From positions 2,790,001-2,854,000 of the forward strand of contig CP110440.1 of NCBI GenBank assembly GCA_026914245.1: a stretch of DNA of 64,000 nucleotides, in the 5' to 3' direction. The notes below the pieces were generated by a model. That model searched no databases and was not told where the DNA came from. It saw only the letters and a list, made by a program, of their open reading frames with translations. Numbering within the stretch: the stretch's first letter is position 1; every line of letters starts with the position of its first letter. This document shows, piece after piece, positions 52,080 through 64,000 of this stretch. This DNA comes from Puccinia triticina (lineage: Eukaryota). The translations under genes were made by a program, and so were the position numbers.

Positions 52080-55000
52080 GTGGCTCTAGTCAAGTTGCGT
52101 GCATTTCTTGTGACCAAGAATTGTGTCCAGCCTCAGCTAAGGGGCTGTGTCTTTGGTCGTGCTGAAAATATACCTTGGGTCCAGTCAGCTTGTGAAACTT
52201 CTCAAGTTGAGCTCAGCGCAATCTGTAACTACAACCCTGATTTTCTCTTCAAAATTCCTCACCTTATATCTCAATCCTCTGTTGATCATGACATTTCCAA
52301 CCCACCAACTTTGCTTGCAGCAGCAATTAACCAGTGCTGAACAAATCTGAAATCCCATCAGCTATCTGCCCTCCAGTTTCTCCTGAGGAATGAGGATCCT
52401 CAAAATAATGAAACGGAAGCCTTGTGGTACAACAATGATAATTCCTGGCTTTGTGACTACTTTGACAAGGAGCAAGATTTAAGCAAGATAGAAACCCTAG
52501 AGGAAGGCAGAGCCCAAGGTTCAATCCTCGCCAACAATATGGGTTTAGGCAAGACATTGAAAACACTGGCATTCATTCTGGCTACAAGTCATCAAGGTCA
52601 AACCTTTTGCCAGGCAGATCAAGAAAATTGGTTGGCAGCTACTCCAGTCATCTGTCCTCTGGCAACCCTTTCAAATTGGCAGAATGAGATCTGGCTCCAC
52701 TTCAATGATCATGCGATTCCGTACAAAGTATTCCATGGAGAGGAACAAAAGAAGATTACACGGGACAACCTGCAGTCAACTATGTTGGTTTTGACAACTT
52801 ACAAAACAATTGGAATGAGTGGAAATAGGAAACATCCCAGCCAGCTCAACATCAAATCTCTTAATCTAACATGGTTCAGATTAGTCTTATACAAAGCCCA
52901 GTGAGTATAAGGATCTATTTGAATTTTGCAAAACATGTAACTGACTAATCTTGAGGATTACAGCTTGATCAGAAATCCCATGATAAATCGGACACAAAGT
53001 ATTCAAAGCCTTCAGAAGGGCTTTGTCCTTTGCTTAACCGGAACACCAGTTCAGAACCGGTTGACTGACCTGCAAAGCTTAATAAAACTGTTCATTATAC
53101 ACCATTGGAACCCGGAACACCAGTTCAGAACCGGTTGACTGACCTGCAAAGCTTAATAAAACTGTTGAATATACACCATTGGAACAAAGAATGTTTATGG
53201 AAGGGCTGTCTTGTGCCTCAAATGAACGGTGGTGCTCAACAGGCAATCATAACGGTAAATCAATTAATGCAAGCCATTTGCTTGAGAAGAACAAAGGATG
53301 CCCTTCTGAATCTCCCGGAGAAGCTTGAGAATATTGTGGTGGTGAATATCAGTTCAGAATTGGAGGGGATTTCAAATATTCTGCAGGAGACGTTTGTAAA
53401 TTTTTTTGGAAGACTACGCACCAGTGGCAAAAGATGGGATTCTGCAGAATTTTTCCACCAGTTAACAATGCTTTGTCAATTTTGTAATCATCCATTATTT
53501 GCACAGTCAGAAATCACCTTCCAACCAGAATGGCAATGGCAAGATTTGGGGAAGATTGTTCACCTTGTGGAAAATCTTAAGGTCTTCTTGAGAGGAGTTC
53601 AAGGAATTAAAAGGCCAAAGGCAGAGGTATTCTCTAGCTCCACTGGCTTCTTAGGGATGTAGGTTTTTTTCTCTTGTGAATAGGCATGTGTTTGAATTCT
53701 AATGATATTTTGCAGTATTGAACGTGCTCTTGAGGAAAATCAGATCAAATCCACCTGGCTCACTGGCGATGAAACCCCCAAGAGGTGTGATGAAAACTTG
53801 AGAGAGTTTCAAACCAATGACAGGTGCAATGTCCTACTGTCATCAATACATGCTGGCGGGGTAGGAAGTGATTTACATTGCGCTCAAAATGTGTACATGA
53901 TGGTAAGCCATTACACAGATTGTATTGACGACAAAAGAAATGAAACTGACAACAGTAAATCCACCCAGGGCATAGCACGGTGGTATTTGACGCGTTTTTT
54001 GGGCCCCTCAAATACTGATTGGTCGAATATTTGAGTATTCAGAGATATTCAACGGAAAAACTTCCAAAATACATTATAAACACCAAAAAATTACATTTCT
54101 TGCGTTTTTGACTTACTTTGGCCCATTTCTGGACCATATAATTTTGAGGGGGTCATCCTTCAAACATATAATGGTGCCAAAGGTGCTTATAATATTGCCA
54201 GAGGCATATCTCATGATGGCGGACGCACTATTCCGAGTGCCAGACGCACTTTTCATAGTGGCGGACGCACTTTTGATAGTGGTGGACTCACTATTCAGAG
54301 TTCTGGACACACTTTTGATAGTGCCGGATGCACTTTTGATAGTGCCGGATGCAATTTTGATAGTGCCGGATGCACTTTTGATAGTGCCGGATGCACTTTT
54401 GATAGTGCTGGATGCACTTTTGATAGTGCCGGATACACTTTTGATAGTGCCGGATGCACTTTTGATAGTGCCGGATGCACTTTTGATAGTGCCGGATGCA
54501 CTTTTGATAGTGCCGGATGCACTTTTGATAGTGCCGGATGCACTTTTGATAGTGCTGGACGCACTCTTCATAGTGGCGGACACACTGTTGATAGTGGCGG
54601 AATCACTGCCAGATGCACTTTTGATAGTGCCGCACGCACTCTTCATAGTGGCGGACGCACTTTTCACAGTGACAGACGCAATTTTGATAGTGGCGGACTC
54701 ACTATTCAGAGTGCTGGACACACTTTGGATAGTGGCGGACTCACTTTTCATAGTGGCAGACACACTTTTCAAAGTGGTGGACGCACTTTTCAACGTGGCG
54801 GACGCACTTTTCAACGTGGCGGACGCACTTTGCATAGTGGCAGACGCACCTATTGTAGTGGCGGATGCACTTTTCAAAGTGCCAGAGGCAGATTTTTTTG
54901 TGTTGCATCAAAAGGGCTGGTATAGGGCCTGTGCAAACTCATCTGGGGCCTTTGGGCCCCAGAGAAGCTTGCATTGGCCCTCTACGCGCCCCTTTGAGCC

Positions 55001-55420
55001 ATTATTCAAATTTTTTCAAATATTTGAGCTTAAACTTGCCCAGGCATTATTCGACTCAAATCGGATTTGAATACGAATAATCGAATCAATTCAATTTTAT
55101 GTGCTATGCCCTGAATCCACCAGGAACCTAGTTGGAACCCAGCTGCATAGTGGGAGGCTGTTGATTGACTTTACCGCTTGGGACAGAGTCATCTAGTTCA
55201 TGTATATTGATACTACATCAGGGGAATTTTGGAAATGAATATCTACCAGTTTCAGAGGAGAAAAGGAGAACTGGCAATGTAGGTTATTTCAATCGGTATT
55301 TTGGCGGGGCAAGATACTGAATTGGTTTTTTTTCTGGATAGAAAAGGCTAAGTGTGCCATTGGGGGGAAATGGGAGTTATGAATGTTCTCAGCTTTTGAT
55401 GAAAGATATGATAGGTTGAA
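52080..55420 (+). pseudogene. SNF2-family (Rad5/Rad16-like) ATPase pseudogene
   Basis: LKSHQ, ILANNMGLGKT (degenerate ADDMGLGKT), ICPLATLSNWQNEI, WFRLVL, LTGTPVQNRL, LRRTK, CNHP, AGGVG and EPSWNP (55124). Stops, a 74-bp duplication near 53038-53165, and a MITE insertion. Confidence 0.88.
53966..55113. mobile_element. Non-autonomous hAT-like element with 21-bp minisatellite, in a SNF2 intron
   Basis: 13-bp TIR CAGGGCATAGCAC/GTGCTATGCCCTG, 8-bp TSD AATCCACC (53958-53965 and 55114-55121), and an array of gatagtgccggatgcactttt at about 54215-54890. Confidence 0.92.
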
Positions 55421-55452
55421 ATACAATAAACCATGACTCACAGGAAGGAGAC

Positions 55453-56590
55453 TCATCCAAGAGTCAGAATCTCAACAAAATTGACTGGATCCCTTAGATT
55501 GAGGAGAATTTTCTGGGACTCAGAAAGTGTGGACAAGTATTGAGGGGAGTAGCAGTTGGATGGCAAGTCCCAAGGGACATCCTTGAAGCTGGTGGGAGGT
55601 GCTGAGGTTGAAGGTTTGACACGATATTCTAAAACAAACTTGTGGACAAATTGGGACCCCTTGGTGATAGTCTGTATCTGGATAAATATGCTGTCCAAAT
55701 TTTGTGCAAAGGAGCAGAAATCATCAGATCTCCAGAGCATTAGAATTTTTGTCAGATATTGAGGTGGTTTTTATTTGGTGTCTGAGGTTGATTTGATGTT
55801 TTCAAATAATGTGGCAGATTCAGAGTTAAAGTTGAGCTTGGACAGTTTTTCTTGACGGTGTTGCAAGATCTGGCAAGATGAATTCAATTAATACCTGGAC
55901 GAAGCAGGAAAGACATATTCTGTAAAACACTACATACCTGTATTTGTACTTTGGCTTTCTTCTCAGATTTTCTCTTCTTTGCTTTCCGGTTGTGTGAGAA
56001 CAAGCCAAGTTGGACACCTTTCTGTCAGCCCATGAACCATCTGTGGAGAATACCAAGCTGAAAGGATTTGTTTGTAGCCTTGCAAGGGTCCATGAAATAT
56101 TGACTGAACACCCCGGTTGTATACGCATTCCTCCAGTGTTTCAAGACAAACTTGGAAAATAGTTGATTCCATTGAGAATCCCAGGGGTGTGCCCACGCAT
56201 AGGTTACTCTGGGGAAATTTGAGTTCAAGAGGTCTTGGGGAAATTTGAGTTTGAGAGGTCTTGGGTGAAGATACTTCGGAATGGAGGTGAAATCTTCTTG
56301 CTGGTAGATGTAACTGACTCTTGGGGGACAGGATCAATTTCCTGGCATAGGATGGAGTCTGGTAGGCTGGATCCTACATGAAAATCATGGGCTGAGGGGG
56401 GAAGGATCTATGTGGTGGAAGGGGTCTTCTTGATGTTGATTCTACATCAAGGAGAGCTTGGATGAATGCATAGATACAACAAGATAGTGAGGATTTGGAA
56501 TTGGGCAAGATAGTTGAGTATACCTGATTGACATTTTTAGTGCTAGTGGGAGGTTTCCCATCTGGAAAGTGGTCTTGTGATGAGGACATT
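55453..56590 (-). pseudogene. Degenerate hypothetical gene convergent with SNF2
   Basis: Consecutive frameshifted minus-strand segments: IYAFIQALLDV, WAHPWDSQWNQLF..HW, DLPSNCYSPQYL. Confidence 0.5.
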
Positions 56591-56805
56591 AGAATCAGAG
56601 GGGACAGAGTGAGGGAGTGAGCTGGGCAAGCAATGGAATTATATGGTGAATAAAATCCCAAGGCAATGTCAGGAGACGCAGAAGAGTGTCTCGGAGTCAA
56701 AGGGACAGAGGTTTTACATAAACAACAAAGCGGATCTACCCCTGCATGCATGATCCAAATACACAGCTAGCATGGTGTCAGTCAAGAAAGGAATTTAGTG
56801 AATTT

Positions 56806-59470
56806 TGTCAGCGGTGGGTTACTCGGGAGAAGATGTGAATCTACTCGATGGGAGTTTACTGGAATTGACCAGTGGCTCCAAGCCGTAGAGGAGGTTGTAT
56901 CCAATCCAAAAAGTTTACACCCAGCCTTTGATGACTATTTGAGACAGTCAGGCTTGAGTTTCCGGACAGTGATTTGTTGATATGAGGGAAACTGGCTATT
57001 TGAAGTGGTGATGTGTTGATGTATCTTCAAATAAAGAGGAATGAATGAAAGATGTTTATTATGTTCTTCTCTTCTGAAAGTCTAGGGAGCAATAGAGCTT
57101 GAGGAGTACAACTTATGTATCAGGCTTCTTCAGTTTGACTAGATACAAGCATACATAAACTATGTCAATAGTAAAATCAAAGAGTGTGAAATGTGAAGAA
57201 ACATGTGAAATAAGTGTGAAACTAGTAATAATTGCAGATGGTGTAGCAAAACAGGAAGTTGGCAAGTTAAGGGGAAACTTGGTTTTGCTTGCCAGCTGAA
57301 ATTTGATACCACTAAAAAAAACAGTAAGAAAAATGATGAAGCTATCATTCTAATCATCAAAATAATAAAGTAACCAGAGATCTTTGAACCAGTACCAGCG
57401 AAGAGATTGAGAACCTTGTGAAATATCATCTGGCAGGTCCGTTATTCTTGGTGGTTGTTGTCCTAAAGGGCCTTTCCACGCAAAACCAGTGAATTTGAAT
57501 TTTCTGTTCTTGATAGCGGGGGTCTTAGCATCAGGTATTCTGTATTTGTGCAACCTTGCAGTTGAGGTACCTTCCTTCCATTCCCAAACACCAAGTGCTT
57601 GTCTTTCAATTAATTTCTCAGATGCTTGTGATAGTTCTTTGATTTCGGCCGTTGTCAATGTAGGAATGAACTTCTGGGCTTGTCTTGAGGTTGGTAACAG
57701 GTCCAGCACATCCCGGTCATGTTTCAAGAGAGCGTACCGACTAGACCATTTCTTCAGATTGTTGTACTCAAACACTTCAGTCATAGGCCGCTCTGAAGTA
57801 TTGCCATCTAACTGGGGCTGATGGGTTGTAGGTACTGATTTGTTTATCGGGGGAACAGCGTCAATGATCTGCTTTTTGTTGCTGAGCTGTTTATCATCCA
57901 AGGTTTTTGGATGCACTCGAGAGCGTTTAGGATGGAAGATCCAAGGCACATCAGACTTCACACTTGGCTCTGTTCTCTTCTTTAACGGTTGCATTGGATG
58001 ATAGTTTTGAGGGACATTGGACTGAGTGATTGTATTTGACTTTGGGTTTGACGGTATTCAAGCCTTGCTTGTTGATGGAAGCAAGGGAGCTGAATCATCA
58101 AGGCTGTCTTGCTTCCTGTGTATCTGTTTGTGTTTGCTCGGCACTGAATATGGTTGTGACGGGGCTCTAGAGTTTCTCGGCGGTGGAACAGAGGTGGCTG
58201 GAACCTGAATTTTTTCTCGGTTGGAGTTTAGTAATTTGGATTCACTTGCTACACCCTCAACATGCAAGAGATCCACAACGTTGATGAGGTGCCGCATCAC
58301 TTTGAATGAACAACTTCGAAGGGTTTGATAACTGTGATTCAACGCTGAGCTCGGTCTTCTTGTGGAAGCCGGAAGACGCAAGATGTTAATATTGCTGGGA
58401 GTTGGTGCAGGACACTTGCCAGGGATGGATTTCTTCAGTCTAGTCTGTTCTTTTGACTTTGAACTGCTCGATTTCAACCTTGATTCAAGAATGCTCAGCT
58501 GTAGTTGAAGTTGAGCAAGCTGCTGACGAATCAAGCTGATTTCTGCTTCGATGGACATGTTGATAAAAAGACAAGCAAGGGTGAGCTCTTGTCTTCTGAA
58601 ATTTTGTCCAATGAAGAGAGCGTCCTAAAGCGCTCCTAAGACCAAAACATAACGAAGTGACTGCGTCCGATGAAGAGACCCTCCAAAAGCAATCCTTTGA
58701 CCAACAAACGACGACGACGAGTGACAGCGTCCGACAAAGAGAGCCTCCAAAAGCAATCCTTTGACCAACAAACAACAACAACGAGCAAAAGCGTGCAATG
58801 AAGAGCTGAGGTGACTGGGAATTGAATGCTTTTTTATTCTGTGTTGATCCACGAGGTTAGACCAGACTGTACTACTGTTAAAAAACAGAAAAAAAAAGAT
58901 GAATCCTTGTAGCAAAGAGGGTTCCGTCCGCACAGGGCTTTCCAGGTGTACGGGTAAAAGGGGTGGTTGCCAATTGTCAGCGGTGGGTTACTCGGGAGAA
59001 GATGCGAATCCACTCGATGGAAGTTTACTGGAATTGACCAGTGGCTCCGAGTCGTAGAGGAGGTTGTATCTGATCCAAAAAGTTTACACCCAGCCGTTGA
59101 TGATTATTTGAGACAGTCAGGCTTGAGTTTCCGGACAGTGATTTGTTGATATGAGGGAAACTGGCTATTTGAAGTGGTGATGTGTTGATGTATCTTCAAA
59201 TAAAGAGGAATGAATGAAAGATGTTTATTATGTTCTTCTCTTCTGAAAGTCTAGGGAGCAATAGAGCTTGAGGAGTACAACTTATGTATCAGGCTTCTTC
59301 AGTTTGACTAGATACAAGCATACATAAACTATGTCAATAGTAAAATCAAAGAGTGTGAAATGTGAAGAAACATGTGAAATAAGTGTGAAACTAGTAATAA
59401 TTGCAGATGGTGTAGCAAAACAGGAAGTTGGCAAGTTAAGGGGAAACTTGGTTTTGCTTGCCAGCTGACA
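56806..59470 (-). mobile_element. Small non-autonomous LTR element (two 496-bp LTRs) with unknown ORFs
   Basis: Direct repeats 56806-57301 and 58975-59470 with TGTCAGC...GCTGACA ends (left copy ends TGAAA). PBS-like TGGCAACCAC on the minus strand next to the right LTR. No clear TSD or PPT. Confidence 0.75.
57350..58558 (-). CDS. Unknown ORF(s) inside the LTR element (166 aa + 214 aa, possibly one frameshifted gene)
   Basis: ORFs 58058-58558 (coiled-coil-like start) and 57350-57994 lie in the sense orientation implied by the PBS. No gag or pol motifs recognised. Confidence 0.45.
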
Positions 59471-59603
59471 AACGTGGTGTCACTCTAACGTACGCGCGTA
59501 CAATGGGGTGACATTTGTCACATGACCAGGCAGCTTTTGGAATTGGGTAGTGCCGAGGATCTATGAAACCATGTAATTGACAGGCGCAATGCATATGAAA
59601 TTT

Positions 59604-59639
59604 TGTCACCCAATTGTACGCGCGTACAATTGGGTGACA
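59604..59639. repeat. Perfect 36-bp palindrome
   Basis: TGTCACCCAATTGTACGC|GCGTACAATTGGGTGACA, with degenerate copies at about 59478, 50099 and 50195. Confidence 0.9.
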
Positions 59640-61533
59640 TCAAGGACTCCCTCAGACCTCATCTTGAGGACACACCACTACTCTTATTCATGTAAAAGAC
59701 CCAAAATAACTACAGTAGCATCCATCTGCACCCCCCTTGAATTGTGTGGCAGGCAAGCCATGCCACCTCCCAGGTTCAAGTCTTGATGGCTTGTCTCAAT
59801 TGGAACTGGTGTCCTATCTTTGGATCATACATATTGGTGATGAAAGAAGACATCCTGTTTGGAGCTACACATTTTGCAGGATAAAACCATGGCAAACAGA
59901 ACCTTGGAATAGATCTTCATCACATAAGACCGTTCAATTTGGGATCCTGACACTATGGTGAGGTTCTAACATGCATAAATGGGATGGATCACAAAGGAAA
60001 AGGGCATGAATACGTGTAGCTTTGTCATTTTGTGCAGAGAATAGCACTACCAATAACAGTAAGAGCAAAAACAGTCACAGGCAGAATATATCAAAAACAC
60101 GTCCAGTAGCAATCTTAGGCCAGTCGCAATTCAATCATCCATGGGGCAAGAGCAACTAGCCACAGGTAGGAGCAATGAAAACTCAAACGGACTGCAAATT
60201 ACTATATGCAGGAACTACCCCTCTTGTCATGGATGGGTCTAAGTAGTTTGGAAGTATTCATTTGCCAATGGTGGGGCCAACTTGGGTGGAACAAAGGTCA
60301 CTGGCCCTGGTTGGACACACAGTAAATCAGCTGTGAGGTGGTAATGAGCAGCTTCAAACAAGTAACTAGAACTTTTCCCAGGCGGTTTCTTATAGCATCC
60401 CAGATAGCTTTCACATTTGGGATTGCCCATTTGGAAACATGCATATTGTTTTCCCCTGCAGTCACTTTCCCCTGGCACATGATATACCAATCCCAAGTAC
60501 AACGGTAACGTTGGTAGGTGTCCATGTTTGGTGCAGAAGATTTTTGATCAATGGGACCAGGCTCTAATTCCATGAGTGAGTTTTCAATCATCATCTGCTG
60601 CTCTCAAAGCCACTTATCTTGGATAGGAGATAATGTCACTTGCACAGGAATTAATTTACTACAAGGTGTACCAGGTATCAGATCCATGATGTGTAATGGA
60701 TAATTGCAAGGGGATCTTTGGCTGATTCTAATAAATTAGAACATTAGTTTGTTTGGAATGAGGCTAGAGGTAGAAGTGCAATCCATTTATCTTGGAACCA
60801 ACTAAAAAGGGCCAGAGAACAACTGTGAACAAGGCAGGAGAATGTTATGCAAGTTGAGTTTGAATACACTGGGATTGAATAAGATTTACCTCAATGCAGG
60901 GGGTTATGACAGCAGGAATCAGGCACCCGGATTTAAGACAGGGACAAACCAGGACCACACCGGAGAGGCAGTGAGGGTTTAGAAAAAGTCATGTTTGGTT
61001 TCATTGAGTACATGGAAGTCTGTTCTCTGTATCAACATAACACATGCAATCATTCTATGCATGCAGTCAGGGTTGCCACAAAACAAGTGTACAGCTGAAT
61101 CTTCCTCATAAAAGCCGCATGTGTGTTTGGTCCCGGGTGTAAAAATGCACTGGAAACCTGAAGAGCATCCAGCATCACACATATTCTCAGTGATGCTTTA
61201 GATGTTCCCCTCTGTTATTTAAAATTTGACATCTCAATTCCACATAGGATTGAAAAATATCTATTGATCAAACAAAACCTGTATTTGCCACCATCCCCAA
61301 CACACCTAGTAACATTTGTCCCTGTGAAATACATGGCTGCAACAAAGCCCAACACAAAGAGGAAGGGGTTGGAGATGTATCAGGGAGAGTTTTGTCAAGG
61401 AAAGTGTACCTGAAGCACATGAAGGGTGTAACTCAGCATCAGAAGAAGCAACAGCCCCAGCATTCAGGGAAAACTCCAGGCCAATCAGACCAATTGCCTG
61501 TACGTAATCATTAATCAAGAGAAATATTTTGTT

Positions 61534-63375
61534 TTGCAATGCTGTAGAGATGCTGATGCAAGCCTAGATCAGGTTATTCCTCATGCATCCACCTCCAATC
61601 CAGGCCCAGCTCACACCATGATTTCACCAATTTTGGAGGAGGATTTCTGTAAAAAGGTCATGATTCAAATGGCGCAATCTGTTTTACAAAACAAACTCAG
61701 CAAGGCAGGTGCAGCCTCTTTCTGAGCGGCAGCAAGGCAGAATGTCTCACTCTTAGGAGCCCTCTGGAGCTCTCGGGATCACAATATTGATACAACCAAA
61801 ATTATCAACAACATTCCAAAGACCCAAGATGCTGTTTTCCATTGTCTTGGCCTTTTTCCAGATCTGACAACACAAATTTTTTGCCAGAAGTGTTTTGCAT
61901 TATATCCCCCAATTCAGAAAGGTGATCTTGACCCTCGGACAAAATTTACTCAGAATTTCCTGTCTCAATATCAAGGCTACTGTAAATAGGCAAAGCTGCA
62001 AAAAATTGAGCCCACATGTGACCAGGCGCTCTACAAATTTGACAAAGACAAAATATCTCAGCCCCTTTGCACTTACTCATATCTAACCCTCAAGTCCTGG
62101 TTGAAACAGTGTCTTTCCCAACCTCTTTTTGAATCTATGCTGGACTCAAGCCTTTCTGCGACTAGCTGGGAGTCACATCATGAAATGGAGGATGTGTGGC
62201 ATGGACGTGTCTGGCCAGAATTCCCAAACTTGGAAGACAGAAGTGGGATCTACACAAGCAAATCAGGAAACCTTGTATTTAGCCTGTATCTCAACTGGTT
62301 TAACGCTGAAGGGACATAAAATCTTGGGAAGCACGATTCAATCAGAGCTATTATCTTGATCTGTCTCAACCTTCCTCCAACTCAGCGGTACAAGATTGAG
62401 AATGTCTTCCTGTTTGGTATTATTCCAGGACCAAAGGAACCAAGTCTAGATGAGGTTAACCACCTATTGCGGTCTCTGGTGAATAAATTGCAAGAATTTT
62501 GGACCGGAATATTCTTTGAATCAACTGCATCTCACCCAAATGGACAAATGATAAGAGCGGTAATCTTTCCCCTTATTGCTGATCTTCCAGCTCTCCGCAA
62601 GGCTGCAGGGTTTGGAAGCCATTCTTCAATTATGTTTTGCTCTTTCTGTACTTTGAACAAGCGTGACATTGCCAAGATGGATAAATCAAAGTTTCCTCCA
62701 AGAACAGATGATGAACACTGGAAAAAGGCCGCTGCCTGGCTTGAACTCAAAAATCCGACTGACAGGAAAAAGTACGTTAAAGCACATGGCGCAAGATGGA
62801 GTGTATTGAATGAGCTACCGTACTGGCAGCCAATTGAGTTTTGCTCCATTTAATTGATGCATGCTCTAATCCTTGGTGACTTGAAAGATCACTCAATAAA
62901 TTTCATGGGTTTGCAGTTAGCCGGGTCAAAACTTCAAGATATGCAAGAGAAGGACAAGGAATGGCAGAATGATGCAACATACAGCTAGCATCCATTTGCA
63001 GCCAAGCCCATGGGGAAGGACAAAGGGAAACAGAAATTAGTTGATTTTGAAGAAGAGAATGCCAATCCTGACTTACCAAACAAGCAAATCCGTCCAGCTT
63101 CTTTGAGCAAGAGAGAAAAAGCAGCCCAAGGATCCGATTCAAATAGACTTCTCCACGGCAATCGTTCATGCTCTGGTTCTGAGGCAACTTCAGATGGATC
63201 AACTCAGCATTCTTATCAACTCAGACTCAAGAAAAAAGTGTTGTACAATGCAGATGAGGAGGTGACCACTGAATCAGATGACAATTGTGGCAGTGACCAC
63301 ACTGCCACTCAATCCCGGCACCAAGCCTGTCAACGTGCAATTTCACCAGTTCAAAATTTGGGTCGGCCTAAAATT
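61534..63375 (+). mobile_element. CACTA/EnSpm (Tnp2, Transposase_21-like) transposase pseudogene
   Basis: DVWHGRVW, LVFSLYLNWFN, ICLNLPPTQRYKIENVFLFGIIPGPKEP, LIADLPALRKAAGF..CSFC, RWSVLNELPYW and MHALILG, with in-frame stops. Confidence 0.85.
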
Positions 63376-64000
63376 TGTCAGGTTGTGAAAGCAAGCGCGG
63401 AAAGCTTCCTAAACTGTAAGCTTCCAAATCAAGAGGAAACTCGCGCTGTTGCTAAAGCCATGAAACCAGCCCTGCCCCAAAAAACTAACAATACACCAAA
63501 ATACCTTACTTACCGCAGCCTTGGCCAGCGTTGTTTCAGCCTCTAACCCTGACCCTTGGTCAGGTGCAGCGCAATCCCATACTGAACCCTGAATACATCA
63601 GCGAGAAAGGACGCCCAACTTGTCAAGTCTCTAACCTGTTAGTACAGTGAACTTTGCCTATAAAAGAGCGTGTTTGTCCAGCCCAAATTCTGACACCAGC
63701 CTCATTTTCAAATCTTTTCCTCCTGCAAAAGATCCAAGCAAAACTTACACGCTCTTAAACCTTGATTCCCGTCATCACCACATACCTTAAACTAAAATCT
63801 TAAAAATAGAAAAACACAATTCATCTTTTAACTTCTTCTCGCCTAATCTTCATTACACCCCAAAACTTGAAATTACCAAAAACATCCTTATTTCTCCATC
63901 CGCAGCTTCAGCTCTTTTTCCTAAAAACTGATTGACGCACTCTTGTTGCCTTCACACCTCATCCCATTCACCTCACAGAAGTCTTCAGACTACCACCCTT
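63376..64000. mobile_element. Probable LTR insertion running off the window
   Basis: Transposase-like reading stops at TGTCAGG (63376). TATAAAA at about 63659. The far end is not visible. Confidence 0.35.

Noticed and set aside
57301..57312. TGGTATCA (minus strand) as a tRNA-iMet PBS
   Set aside because: Wrong position relative to the LTR: it precedes rather than follows an LTR on that strand.
1..64000. tRNA, rRNA or prokaryotic operons
   Set aside because: No recognisable signatures were seen by manual reading; tRNAscan/Infernal were not run.

Overview
Eukaryotic, transposon-dense window. Short GT-AG introns with CTRAC-type branch sites, the TE repertoire and CpG-biased decay suggest a basidiomycete, probably a rust fungus (inference). 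Only two genes look like ordinary host genes: a small secreted Cys-rich protein (13481-13951, -) and a 4-exon kelch-repeat gene (15771-17303, +). The rest is nested mobile DNA: two divergent Helitrons with decayed Rep/PIF1-helicase genes, a full-length decayed Ty1/copia, a full-length decayed hAT, Tc1/IS630-like and CACTA (Tnp2) transposase relics, a SNF2 pseudogene, solo LTRs, MITEs and a small LTR element with unknown ORFs. The second Helitron can be bounded at 34896-48315 because it sits inside a long-TIR element with an 8-bp TSD. The most notable observation is a spliced gene family that accompanies both Helitrons: four copies with matching intron positions and a putative tandem OB-fold (ssDNA-binding) layout. 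One copy (35911-37116) is still an uninterrupted 329-aa ORF although its RepHel is dead. All coordinates and translations were derived by hand; no database searches were run.
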